Positions 37,407 through 46,470 of a stretch of 64,000 nt of DNA are shown piece after piece. The number at the start of each line of letters is the position of its first letter. Position 1 is the first letter of the stretch. The DNA is from an uncultured delta proteobacterium. GTDB lineage: Bacteria > Desulfobacterota > Syntrophobacteria > BM002. The stretch spans positions 1 through 64,000 of the forward strand of contig CAVQGX010000037.1 in NCBI GenBank assembly GCA_963712115.1, read 5' to 3'. The position numbers and the translations under genes are program-made. The notes under the pieces were generated by a model, which saw nothing but the letters and a program-made list of their open reading frames with translations, had not been told where the DNA came from and did no database searches.

Positions 37407-37931
37407 ATGAGCTGGAAAAAATCAAGATTTATCTCTGTAATGGTTTTTTTATCGCTGGTCATGGCCGCATTTTTCAGTGGCCATGCTTTTGCGGATGCTT
37501 TTGTCGACAGGCTGGTTAAGTTTGACGGCAAATTATTGAAAGGAAAACTGGACCAAGATGACAATCTTGAGTTTCTTGGACAAGGAAAATGGGAGTCACC
37601 GGTTAAGCTTAGATTCAGTCTATTTGTGCGGGCGCATTTCGAATTGGTCCCCTTCATTGAAACAGAGACTCGGGGAATATTGGGTGAATACGCCGTTACT
37701 TTTACTGTAGTCCCGAAGACAAGGCGCGCTTCTTACCAAAATCTTAGGTTCAAGATTTTAACCAGTACGGGGAGCGAGATAGTCAGTAGTGGTGTGGCTG
37801 CACCGAACGGTTCGGGGTGGGTGATAGGAATAGCAACTGACGAGAAGCCTTTTGACATACACGTCTCATACACAACGGAAAGGGGACGGGAGCTAACCCC
37901 TGTCCCTTCAGAGGGTAGCGATCCTTCTTGA
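37407..37931 (+). CDS. Hypothetical exported protein
   Basis: Signal peptide ending AFA; beta-rich mature region. Confidence 0.65.
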   Translation: MSWKKSRFISVMVFLSLVMAAFFSGHAFADAFVDRLVKFDGKLLKGKLDQDDNLEFLGQGKWESPVKLRFSLFVRAHFELVPFIETETRGILGEYAVTFTVVPKTRRASYQNLRFKILTSTGSEIVSSGVAAPNGSGWVIGIATDEKPFDIHVSYTTERGRELTPVPSEGSDPS

Positions 37932-37970
37932 CTAAGCCCGGATATTTCATGAATCGCCTGCTGTGCTTTG

Positions 37971-38027
37971 TTGGCTAATAGACCAAATAGACTTTGGCCT
38001 TTTGGCCAGATTTGGCATTTTGACCAA
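37971..38027. promoter_or_regulatory. Triple palindromic upstream activator site
   Basis: TTGGCTAATAGACCAA (37971), TTGGCCTTTTGGCCAG (37994), TTGGCATTTTGACCAA (38012). Confidence 0.65.
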
Positions 38028-38095
38028 CCCGCCTGATCTTGTCTACTGGATTTAAGTAGCTGTATCTAATAAACTTGTCGACTTTTTCTCTCTTT

Positions 38096-38111
38096 TGGCA
38101 TTTTCCCTGCG
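38096..38111 (+). promoter_or_regulatory. sigma-54 promoter
   Basis: TGGCAT-TTTCC-CTGCG. Confidence 0.65.
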
Positions 38112-38121
38112 AATACAATCA

Positions 38122-38209
38122 AATCCAAAAGGTGGGTTGGCAACCTCCTCTCCACCTTATAGCCCGCCCCCATCAGCTAAGTGAGTCCGGCTTGATGGGG
38201 GCATTTCTT
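38122..38209 (+). ncRNA. Candidate sRNA or structured leader, similar to 33182-33261
   Basis: AAGGTGGG/TCCACCTT hairpin then GCCCCCATCA/TGATGGGGGC stem with weak T-tract. Confidence 0.5.
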
Positions 38210-38287
38210 GAGATACCGCATTTTGTTGTTCATCGAACAACCGAGGCCTATTTGATAAAGACCAAAGAGAAAACAAAGGGGTGATTA

Positions 38288-38707
38288 ATGGCAGAAAATC
38301 AACGGGGATATCCTAGGGCCGACATCAAGTGGCCAGTTGTGGTAAAGAGCGATAAGAGAACCATGGAGGGGGTAACCTCGAATGTCACCCCCAACGGAGT
38401 GTTTATCCACTGCCAACAACCATTGAGACTAAATGAAGTTTTTGATATGGACATTAGCATTCCCGGTTCAGACCAATCCCTGAAAGCAAGAGCGGAAGTT
38501 ATCTGGTCTAACAGATACGGTCCGAATGATGATATTTCGCCTCGAGGCATGGGTGTGAGATTCCTCAGAATCTCCAGCGAGGCCCGCAGATTTATAGCCA
38601 GAGCAGCGATGGATTACCTGAAGTCAAAAAAGGTCGCACCAGAGCTGCTGCAGACCCTGAGCACTTTGATGATAGACCTTAACGAAGTAGAGTCAAAGGT
38701 CGCTTGA
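38288..38707 (+). CDS. PilZ domain protein
   Basis: RGYPR, NVTPNG, VIWSNRYGPNDDISPRGMGVRF. Confidence 0.88.
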   Translation: MAENQRGYPRADIKWPVVVKSDKRTMEGVTSNVTPNGVFIHCQQPLRLNEVFDMDISIPGSDQSLKARAEVIWSNRYGPNDDISPRGMGVRFLRISSEARRFIARAAMDYLKSKKVAPELLQTLSTLMIDLNEVESKVA

Positions 38708-38732
38708 GGGAAGGGTAGTACCTGAGGGTTAT

Positions 38733-40136
38733 TCAAAAATAACTCGATCCGTCCCAGCAGTGGGTGCACAACCTTTTTTTGGGTAGACCGATGGCACCCA
38801 CCAGGTCCTCCAACTTCTGATACTGCAGGGAGGTCAGACGCAGACGCTCTTTGATTCTATCAATCATCTGTGAAAATTTCTGAGATCCAGGAAGAAGATA
38901 TTCATCCATATTTATGTCTTCCCTGCCCTCTATCTCCTTGATGACGCTTCGCCCGGCAAGGTCCAATGTTGATCGGGAGGTGGAGAAGTTAAGAAACTCA
39001 CAGGGGAAGATCAAGGTGGGACATGCGGGTCGCATGTGGACTTCCAGTGCGCCGTAGTCGAACAATATCTGAATGTTGTCCTTCAGTTGGGTCCCCCGCA
39101 CAATTGAATCCTCACAAAAGAGAATCCTTCTGCCCTCTATCATGGATCTTATGGGGATCAGTTTCATCTTGGCCACAAGATCTCTCACGTCCTGGTTCTG
39201 AGGCATAAAACTTCTGGGCCATGTGGGGGTGTATTTAACAAATGGCCTCAGGTAAGGTATTTTTCTCTCGTTGGCATAGCCGATGGCGTGACCTATCCCA
39301 GAGTCCGGAATCCCGGCGACGAAATCTATCTCGACCTGGTCATTTCCAGCAAGTGCCGAGCCGCATCTGTTGCGCACCGACTCAACATTTATTCCTTCAT
39401 AATCAGTGGCAGGGTAACCGTAGTAAACCCAGAGAAATGCGCAAATCTGCATCTTCTTACCGGGCTTGTTGCGTTGTTCATAGCCGTCTGCCGTAAGCAA
39501 GATGGTTTCACCGGGTCCCAAGTGAGTTACCACTTCATAGCCGAGGTTCGGAAAGGCGCATGATTCTGAGGCTACGGCAAAAGCACCATTCTTTTTGCCT
39601 ATTACCAGGGGGGTTCTTCCCAGCTTGTCTCTGGCAGCGTACATGCCTTCATCTGTGAGAAGGAGCATGGAACATGAACCCTGGATAGCTTCCTGGGCAT
39701 TTCTTATGCCGTCCTCAATGGTGTTCTCTTCGCAAATTAGGGTGGAAGCCAGCTCCGTGGGGTTTATCACCCCGCCGCTGGTTTCCAGAAAATGCATCTT
39801 TTTCCGGAGCGCTCTTTGCTCGAGTTCCTCTATGTTGTTAATTTTGCCGACGGTGACGATGGCGAATGTCCCCAAGTGCGATCCGATCATCAGTGGCTGA
39901 GGATCATTGTCACTGATGACTCCAATACCGCTATTTCCATGAAATTTCGGCAGAACAGGCTCGAATTTTGCTCTGAAATAGTTTTTTTCGATGTTGTGAA
40001 TGGATCTGTTGAACCCGGTGGAGCCATGCACTGCAAGTCCCCCTCGTCTAGTGCCGAGGTGTGAATGGTAATCCGTCCCGTAAAAAAGGTCATTAACGCA
40101 GTCGTCCCTCGCGACAACCCCAAAGAGCCCACCCAT
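38733..40136 (-). CDS. purF: Amidophosphoribosyltransferase (variant lacking Cys1)
   Basis: ARD..G..PL, ASES, GIPDSG, EDSIVRGT PRPP motif, C-terminal CTHC; starts MGGLFG. Confidence 0.92.
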   Translation of the reverse strand: MGGLFGVVARDDCVNDLFYGTDYHSHLGTRRGGLAVHGSTGFNRSIHNIEKNYFRAKFEPVLPKFHGNSGIGVISDNDPQPLMIGSHLGTFAIVTVGKINNIEELEQRALRKKMHFLETSGGVINPTELASTLICEENTIEDGIRNAQEAIQGSCSMLLLTDEGMYAARDKLGRTPLVIGKKNGAFAVASESCAFPNLGYEVVTHLGPGETILLTADGYEQRNKPGKKMQICAFLWVYYGYPATDYEGINVESVRNRCGSALAGNDQVEIDFVAGIPDSGIGHAIGYANERKIPYLRPFVKYTPTWPRSFMPQNQDVRDLVAKMKLIPIRSMIEGRRILFCEDSIVRGTQLKDNIQILFDYGALEVHMRPACPTLIFPCEFLNFSTSRSTLDLAGRSVIKEIEGREDINMDEYLLPGSQKFSQMIDRIKERLRLTSLQYQKLEDLVGAIGLPKKRLCTHCWDGSSYF

Positions 40137-40268
40137 TATCTGCTCCTATTTTTCTGGTGACGGCCGGCAGAAATCTCAGTAAGGAACAAAATGTCTACCA
40201 TAACCGGAGAAATATTGCACTAGTCTTGTTGAGAAAGAAGAGAGGGCAGGCCTGCAACGGTTCTCTAA

Positions 40269-40490
40269 CCCGGATATCTCATGAATCACCTGCTGCGACC
40301 ACGGATATGGCCGTCCTTCTCTCCGAGCTGTAGGCTCTCCGAGCCGGAAGCCTGGCGTCCTCGGGTGTCGGCCCCTGCGACGTACCATCCAGGTACGCCT
40401 CGGAACCAATCCCGCGGTACCGCGGGACGGTTGCCAGGTGGCACGACCATCTTCGCGGTCTCGCGACAGCAATTCATGAAATATCCGGGT
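40269..40490. mobile_element. MITE C, short copy
   Basis: TA-ACCCGGATATCTCATGAAT...ATTCATGAAATATCCGGGT-TA. Confidence 0.8.
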
Positions 40491-40675
40491 TAAGCTGCTC
40501 CTGCTAGATCTTTTGGTTCAAAATATTGGCACTTGACGCAGATGGCCCGGGCCTCCCTTTGCAGCACTATGGCATGGAGGCCGGAAAAGCTGGCGGGTAT
40601 ATCTCGTTTCACCGTCTCAAGATCTTGGCATAGCGGGTAATGCCTACAATCTGCGGGTCTCTTGGAGTCTACCAT
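40490..40675 (-). CDS. Small Cys-rich protein (61 aa)
   Basis: C-x5-C...CxxC; GGAGG RBS; sigma-54 promoter upstream. Confidence 0.7.
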   Translation of the reverse strand: MVDSKRPADCRHYPLCQDLETVKRDIPASFSGLHAIVLQREARAICVKCQYFEPKDLAGAA

Positions 40676-40724
40676 GGCATGCCTCCGTTCTCATGGTAGT
40701 TCATCCCCCCCAATGTGTAACCGC

Positions 40725-40740
40725 TGCAAACTCAATGCCA
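40725..40740 (-). promoter_or_regulatory. sigma-54 promoter
   Basis: TGGCAT-TGAGT-TTGCA. Confidence 0.75.
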
Positions 40741-40930
40741 AGCCGACTTTCGATTTCGGATTTGTCCTTCGGACTCCCACCCATCGGGTAGGTTCCCGGT
40801 TTCGGAATGCGGAATTCTAATCTTTTTTCCGGCTATGCAATCGTAGCTGCAAAAGCTGATATAATACTCCAGTGATAAATGTCTTCTGAAATCAATCTGC
40901 GACCACAGCGTCAGGTAGGTGGGAGGGGTT

Positions 40931-42253
40931 ATGAAGCGCAAAGGGGAAATTGCCGAGGCTGAAGGTAAACTTGGAGTACTGATCCCGGGAATTGGGGGTG
41001 CGGTGAGCACCACTTTCTTGGCAGGGGTGGAAGCGATTCGCCAAGGCTTGGCCCTTCCTATTGGTTCACTGACCCAGTTGGGCACTGTTCGTCTCGGGAA
41101 GCGCTTTGAGTATCGCATCCCCCGGATTAGGGACTTTGTGCCGCTGGCACAGTTGGATAACCTTGTCTTCGGCGGGTGGGATGTGTTTCCAGATGACTGT
41201 TATAGGGCGGCCCTGCAAGCCGACGTTCTTAAACCGGAGCACCTCGAGGCGGTCCGTTCTTTTCTTGAAGGCTTAAAACCCTGGCCGGCGGTTTTCAACA
41301 CCCAGTTCGTTAAAAACCTCGCGGGGCCACACTTGAAGACCCAGACAAATCATCTAGATCTTGTTGAGGCCATCAGGGCGGATATTGACATATTTGAGCA
41401 AAAAAATGATGTATCTCGCTGTGTCATGATCTGGTGCGGCAGCACAGAGGTGTACCTGAAACCTGGGGAAGTACATGCTTCGCTCAGCAATTTCGAATTA
41501 GGACTGAAAAACAACGATCCCAACATCTCACCGAGTATGCTCTACGGTTATGCCGCCATTACCAGTGGCATTCCTTACATAAATAGCGCTCCTAATCTTA
41601 CGGTTGACATTCCAGCCATGGTAGAGCTGGCTGAGAAGCACCAAGTCCCGGTAACCGGCAAGGATTTGAAAACCGGACAGACTCTTATGAAGACTATTCT
41701 GGCGCCAGGACTGAAGGCCCGCATGCTCGGCCTTACGGGTTGGTATTCAACCAATATTCTTGGCAACCGTGACGGCATGGTACTGGACGATCAAGCTTCT
41801 TTCAAGTCCAAGGAAGAGAGCAAATTGTCGGTCCTCGAGACTATTTTGCAGCCAGAGGTTTACGCGGACTTATACGGTGATTTTCACCACAAAGTGGTTA
41901 TCAGCTACTATCCACCCCGGGGTGACAACAAAGAAGGCTGGGACTGCATAGACATATTTGGCTGGCTGGGATATCCGATGCAGATCAAGGTGGACTTTCT
42001 TTGTCGGGACAGTATCTTGGCGGCGCCTTTGGTGCTCGATCTGGTTCTGTTCATGGATCTGGCGCAGCGGGCTGAAATGACCTCCATCCAGGAGTGGCTC
42101 TCTTTCTATTTCAAGAGTCCACAGTGTGCAGCCGAGCTCTATCCCGAGCACGATCTCTTCATTCAGTTGATGAAACTAAAAAACACTCTACGCTACCTTA
42201 TGGGGGAAGACCAAATCACCCACCTCGGACTAGACTACTACTATGCCCTCTAG
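40931..42253 (+). CDS. ino1: myo-Inositol-1-phosphate synthase
   Basis: GGWD, GKDLKTGQT, NILGNRDG, GDNKE.WD, RDSILAAPL.LDL, FYFKSP. Confidence 0.93.
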   Translation: MKRKGEIAEAEGKLGVLIPGIGGAVSTTFLAGVEAIRQGLALPIGSLTQLGTVRLGKRFEYRIPRIRDFVPLAQLDNLVFGGWDVFPDDCYRAALQADVLKPEHLEAVRSFLEGLKPWPAVFNTQFVKNLAGPHLKTQTNHLDLVEAIRADIDIFEQKNDVSRCVMIWCGSTEVYLKPGEVHASLSNFELGLKNNDPNISPSMLYGYAAITSGIPYINSAPNLTVDIPAMVELAEKHQVPVTGKDLKTGQTLMKTILAPGLKARMLGLTGWYSTNILGNRDGMVLDDQASFKSKEESKLSVLETILQPEVYADLYGDFHHKVVISYYPPRGDNKEGWDCIDIFGWLGYPMQIKVDFLCRDSILAAPLVLDLVLFMDLAQRAEMTSIQEWLSFYFKSPQCAAELYPEHDLFIQLMKLKNTLRYLMGEDQITHLGLDYYYAL

Positions 42254-42271
42254 CCCGGATGAGCTACAAAG

Positions 42272-42305
42272 AAAAAGAGCCACAGGAAATTGTCCCGTGG
42301 CTCTC
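42272..42305 (-). terminator. Intrinsic terminator
   Basis: AGAGCCACGGGA/TCCTGTGGCTCT stem plus T-tract on the minus strand. Confidence 0.8.
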
Positions 42306-42484
42306 ATGACGAGGTGGTATCACATTTACCTCCCAAGTTTTTCTGCTCACTGGCACTCTTGCGGCTGAAGCTCGAACCTCTTTTTTAGTTATAAACCAGT
42401 GTCTATCTGGTTCTTTGTCTAGGTGTTAGATTGAGCTTTCCCACCGTAATCAGTGCCTCGGGTATTTGTGTTCACCTCGTTGCT
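42272..42484 (-). ncRNA. Candidate about-210-nt rod-shaped sigma-54-dependent ncRNA
   Basis: Nested complementary blocks ACGAGGTG/CACCTCGT, GGCACT/AGTGCC, AAGCTC/GAGCTT, AACCAG/CTGGTT; own promoter and terminator. Confidence 0.6.
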
Positions 42485-42494
42485 TTTACAGATA

Positions 42495-42510
42495 AGCAAG
42501 TGGTGTGCCA
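42495..42510 (-). promoter_or_regulatory. sigma-54 promoter
   Basis: TGGCAC-ACCAC-TTGCT; palindrome TTGGCGAAAAGGCCAA at 42605-42620 upstream. Confidence 0.75.
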
Positions 42511-42656
42511 TCAATGCCTGAAACAAGCATTTAACAATTAGTTAGTAAAATCAAGATAATATTCTTCTCTCCAACTGCAGCTCCATAATCATTCTTCGGG
42601 AAAATTGGCGAAAAGGCCAAATAGGAATTTGCCAAATGGTTAGGGAAGGCAGGTCT

Positions 42657-42860
42657 TCACCGCGACAGGGTTACACTTGTTATTGTTGGCCGCTGGGAAA
42701 GAATACCCAGTTTTTTTATCTCAATGTAGTGGCGGATTAAAGGAAGGGAGAGGGCTTCTGCTGGAACCTCAACTGTTTGGCTAGGTTTGAGCACTATCGG
42801 CTCGTCGGTTACGTGCTCCAGAACGACGGTTGCCCGGGAAAAATTTTTTATTATCGGCAT
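42657..42860 (-). CDS. Small hypothetical protein (67 aa)
   Basis: AAGGA RBS; protein-like composition. Confidence 0.6.
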   Translation of the reverse strand: MPIIKNFSRATVVLEHVTDEPIVLKPSQTVEVPAEALSLPLIRHYIEIKKLGILSQRPTITSVTLSR

Positions 42861-42983
42861 ATTTTGTTCCTTGCCAAATTGTTAGATATGGGATGAATTA
42901 TCCTGTTAGTTTAATTTTCATCGGTCATCATAACAGCAGACTGCCGAGAATGAAACATTTATTCACTGCAACCGCTCAGCAAG

Positions 42984-43412
42984 TCAGGATTGCAGTAAAC
43001 GCCGATCCTCCTCGGCTATGAAAGTGAAACGAATCCCAGTACCGAAGAGACCATGACCGAGTTCCGTTGAATGCAGCACCTCTCCCCTGGCAGATATAAT
43101 CTGGTCTTCTACTGCTATTTCCAATTCCAGCTGCACGCCCCGATCTAGTTTTCTGTGGGTCTCTATTTTTGCTCCCCCCTCGCTAACGTCGAGAGTTCGT
43201 CCAATAGAGATTATGTATTCCTGTCTCTTATCTTTCTTGGGGACATACGAAGCCAAATTGAGAGAACGGATCCTGGGGCTTGCTCTCTTTTCCCTCACAT
43301 TTTCCAGGTGAGCTTCTGCTTGGTCTATTCCAACCTCAATAGACTGCAACTTCTTAACATGCTGATCCCAAAACTCTGTTGGACTCACTTCTAAAAATCC
43401 CATAGGAGTCAC
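42984..43412 (-). CDS. PilZ domain protein with N-terminal extension
   Basis: KRASPR, DVSEGG, GIRF. Confidence 0.85.
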   Translation of the reverse strand: MTPMGFLEVSPTEFWDQHVKKLQSIEVGIDQAEAHLENVREKRASPRIRSLNLASYVPKKDKRQEYIISIGRTLDVSEGGAKIETHRKLDRGVQLELEIAVEDQIISARGEVLHSTELGHGLFGTGIRFTFIAEEDRRLLQS

Positions 43413-43722
43413 CTCCGTAAATATCCGGGTTAAGTTTGCTACAAAACATGGTTGAATGTCAAAGGCAGTAAATTTAAGAGCGAGAAATGCGAGACGGGCA
43501 TAGAGATCAGAGGTCAGTGGACAGGGTTCAAGCTGATCTCTGACCTCCGACTTCTGACCTCTGGGATAGACGAGTTCGACGATTTCAACGAATTAACTAA
43601 TTCTCTAATCAACTAATCAACAAATCGCCCTGAGCCTCTCTTCAATCCGCAATTCGAAATCTCATATCCCAAATCCGCAATCCGCAATCCGCAATTACCA
43701 AAGTGCCTAGTCTATTCTTTGG

Positions 43723-43738
43723 TGGCATATTTCCTGCA
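43723..43738 (+). promoter_or_regulatory. sigma-54 promoter
   Basis: TGGCAT-ATTTC-CTGCA. Confidence 0.65.
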
Positions 43739-43850
43739 ATTTTGAACTTGACGACGAGGGAGCCTATCCCACTACGTTCAACCTCCCTCTGCAAAAGTAC
43801 TCATAGCAATAATAGCACCTTGGGGGCAAGTAATAAGAAAGGCGGCCAAA

Positions 43851-44243
43851 ATGACCTTTGAAGACCACCGCGTGCATCCTAGAGCAAATCTCAGATGGTC
43901 TGTTTCCCTCGAACTTGATGGTGTAGTCACAGAGGGCGTGACTAAGGATATTAGCGAAGGCGGAGCATACGTCTGTTGTGCTACCCCACTGGGGCCAAAA
44001 GAAGAGTTTTGTATGGTCATAAATGCCCCAAATAAGCAGCTAAATGTCAAGGCTGAGGTGGTCTGGGCGAATACCTATGGTGTTAATGACGAGATTACTC
44101 CAAGGGGAATGGGTGTGCGTTTTATGAATATCACCGGCGAAGACAGAGGGATTATTGCTAGAGCTGTAGCTGAACACCTCGCCAAAAATAAAGTGCCTGA
44201 GGATCTGCAAACTTCTATGTTGGATACGTTGGAAATCGAATGA
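43851..44243 (+). CDS. PilZ domain protein
   Basis: RVHPR, DISEGG, VVWANTYGVNDEITPRGMGVRF. Confidence 0.9.
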   Translation: MTFEDHRVHPRANLRWSVSLELDGVVTEGVTKDISEGGAYVCCATPLGPKEEFCMVINAPNKQLNVKAEVVWANTYGVNDEITPRGMGVRFMNITGEDRGIIARAVAEHLAKNKVPEDLQTSMLDTLEIE

Positions 44244-44520
44244 TTTCACCTTCCCGTGGCCTGCGTCGCAAAAATATTTTTGGGGAAACTCCTGCCTTGT
44301 GAAGACTTGACACATCCCCGAGACAAAGTTAGGGTGGGTTATAGGAGACGGGGCACGATCTCTCAGACTTCCCAGTCTAACAATCAAGCGGAAATTTCCA
44401 CCGGATTCCATGCTTCGAAGGCCCAAAGAGGCTAAAGGGTGGCGTGTTTGCAGAATTGCCGCCGAGTTTCTGGCCGGCGGCATGAAGAATAGAATTAGTG
44501 GCAATCTATTGTCGCCACCC

Positions 44521-44536
44521 TGGCATGCTATGTGCT
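44521..44536 (+). promoter_or_regulatory. sigma-54 promoter (cytochrome)
   Basis: TGGCAT-GCTAT-GTGCT. Confidence 0.6.
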
Positions 44537-44581
44537 TGTTAGTTTACACCTTTGTTTGGGACCTGGAGTCGAGAGTTGGAG

Positions 44582-45787
44582 ATGGATAAGTTCAGAGCTG
44601 CATTGGTTGCGGCACTCGCCTTATTGACTATTTTTTTGCTTTCCCCTATTGCCTACGCATTCCATGAGGGCGGTGGGGAGGAGTACTGTCTTGGATGCCA
44701 CAACATACAGAGGTCTGAGAGTAGCCAAGACCCCAGCCCAGGCGAGAATTCCTCTACTTTGACTCCCAGGGTGACTCTCAAAGGCTCAGACCCGAGTTCA
44801 ACCTGTCTGCGATGCCATGCCGTAAGTGGTGCAATTCAATCTGTGTTGAGTAATGATGGTTCAAAGTTCACTCCAGGAGGAGACTTCTATTGGCTGCAAA
44901 AGACATTCACTTGGACCGAAGGAGGGCTCTCCTATCAGAGCGAGGCTGACTCCCACGGTCACAATGTGGTGGCCCTTGACTATGGTTTGAATCAAGACCG
45001 GAGACAGAACACCGCTCCAGGGGGCAGTTACCTTGCCCCGTCTCTGGCTTGTACCAGTTGTCATAACCCACATGCCACGACCATGGCAAATGGAGGAGCC
45101 GGGAGTACAACTTCGGTGTTAACTATATACGGTGAGGAGCCCTTCGAAGGAACAACTAACGGAAACTACCGGCTCCTCGGTGGAGCGGGCTATCAAGGCA
45201 GTCCGCAGGGATCCGGCGTGACTTTTACTCATGGGCCACCCGTTGCGGTGGCCGATTCATCAAGCTGGACCGAGACCGACTCGAGCCACCCGGCTTACGG
45301 TTCTGGCATGTCCGAGTGGTGTGCAAACTGTCACCCAGCCTTCCTCAATAGCAGCACCAGCGGGGTAGGAGGCAAGCATCCAGCCGGCAAGGGTGCGAAG
45401 CTAAATGCAGACATTGCCAAGAACTACAACTATTATATGAAAACGGGTGATCTCAGCGGGATCCAGGCGAGTGCTTACCTGGCTCTGGTGCCCTTTGAGG
45501 TAGGTATCTCCGATGTGGTCTTTCTCGATCCTTCAAGCTCTTCCGGCCCAAGATTTGGGAATGCCAATGTAATGTGTCTGACCTGTCACAGGGCTCACGC
45601 CTCTCCATTTCAAAATATCGGCAGGTGGGATTTTGAGACCGCATTTATTGCCGACTCTCACCCCCAATTTAACGATGGAGGTGCCAGTGGCAATGATGTG
45701 GTGAACAGTTACTATGGCAGGAATATGACGGCGGAGTTCGGCGAAACCCAGAGGCAACTCTGCAACAAATGTCATCTGAAAGACTAA
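44582..45787 (+). CDS. OmcS-like hexaheme cytochrome c
   Basis: Signal peptide, mature FHEGG; six CxxCH; TPGGDF, GHNVVA.DY, APGG, YRLLGG, AYG.GMSEWCANCH, HPAG, CHRAHAS, QR.LCNKCH.KD match the OmcS family as I recall it. Confidence 0.88.
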   Translation: MDKFRAALVAALALLTIFLLSPIAYAFHEGGGEEYCLGCHNIQRSESSQDPSPGENSSTLTPRVTLKGSDPSSTCLRCHAVSGAIQSVLSNDGSKFTPGGDFYWLQKTFTWTEGGLSYQSEADSHGHNVVALDYGLNQDRRQNTAPGGSYLAPSLACTSCHNPHATTMANGGAGSTTSVLTIYGEEPFEGTTNGNYRLLGGAGYQGSPQGSGVTFTHGPPVAVADSSSWTETDSSHPAYGSGMSEWCANCHPAFLNSSTSGVGGKHPAGKGAKLNADIAKNYNYYMKTGDLSGIQASAYLALVPFEVGISDVVFLDPSSSSGPRFGNANVMCLTCHRAHASPFQNIGRWDFETAFIADSHPQFNDGGASGNDVVNSYYGRNMTAEFGETQRQLCNKCHLKD

Positions 45788-45992
45788 ACCCTAATGTTGC
45801 ATATCTATATCGAGGAAAAACGCGCAAGAGTACGTTCCGCCGTAGGCGGACTGCGCACAGGCTCGGACAGGTCGAGGCGTACTTGACGGTACGTGAAGTC
45901 CTGTCCGAGGCGAGTCCAGCCGTCCCGCCATGGGCGGGACTATCGCGCGAGCGCAGCGGTTTTTTACTGGTGTAGGTATGCAACATTAGGGT
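45788..45992. mobile_element. MITE D
   Basis: Terminal inverted repeats ACCCTAATGTTGCATA / TATGCAACATTAGGGT; internal hairpins. Confidence 0.75.
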
Positions 45993-46242
45993 ACATTCAG
46001 CTTGCCCTCTGTCCTCTGCTAGTCGCCCCCACCCGCCTTCCATCCTCTACCTCTTACAATCAATGACAGCGAAGCGTAGTGACCTAATGACGGCGAAGCC
46101 AAGTGCCCCAAGGCTTTGCAGGAGCGAAGCCCTGCTGCCTGCTGTCAGCAGCAAGCTGTCAGCTGAACGTACCTTCTCACTCGTCTCTAAGGTCAAACTC
46201 GTGGTATTCTAAAAAAGAAAACCAAAAAAGAGGGGTGAGCAA

Positions 46243-46449
46243 ATGGAACCGTGGAGAAAAATCGGGGTAGTCATTATTTTTGGCATAGTTGCTATTATCG
46301 GTGGCGGGGTTGCCTGGGTCCTGTCAGAAGACTGGGCTGTTGTCTTCACCTTTCTGGGCATTGTAACTTTTTGCCTCCTAGCTTTTCTTTTGAACCCAGA
46401 GCAAATGGTTAACCAGATGGGTGCAGAGAAAAAACCAGGGGAACATTAA
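46243..46449 (+). CDS. Small two-TM membrane protein
   Basis: Two hydrophobic helices; GAGGGGTG RBS. Confidence 0.7.
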   Translation: MEPWRKIGVVIIFGIVAIIGGGVAWVLSEDWAVVFTFLGIVTFCLLAFLLNPEQMVNQMGAEKKPGEH

Positions 46450-46470
46450 GAAGGGTTTAGCCGGTCTTGT

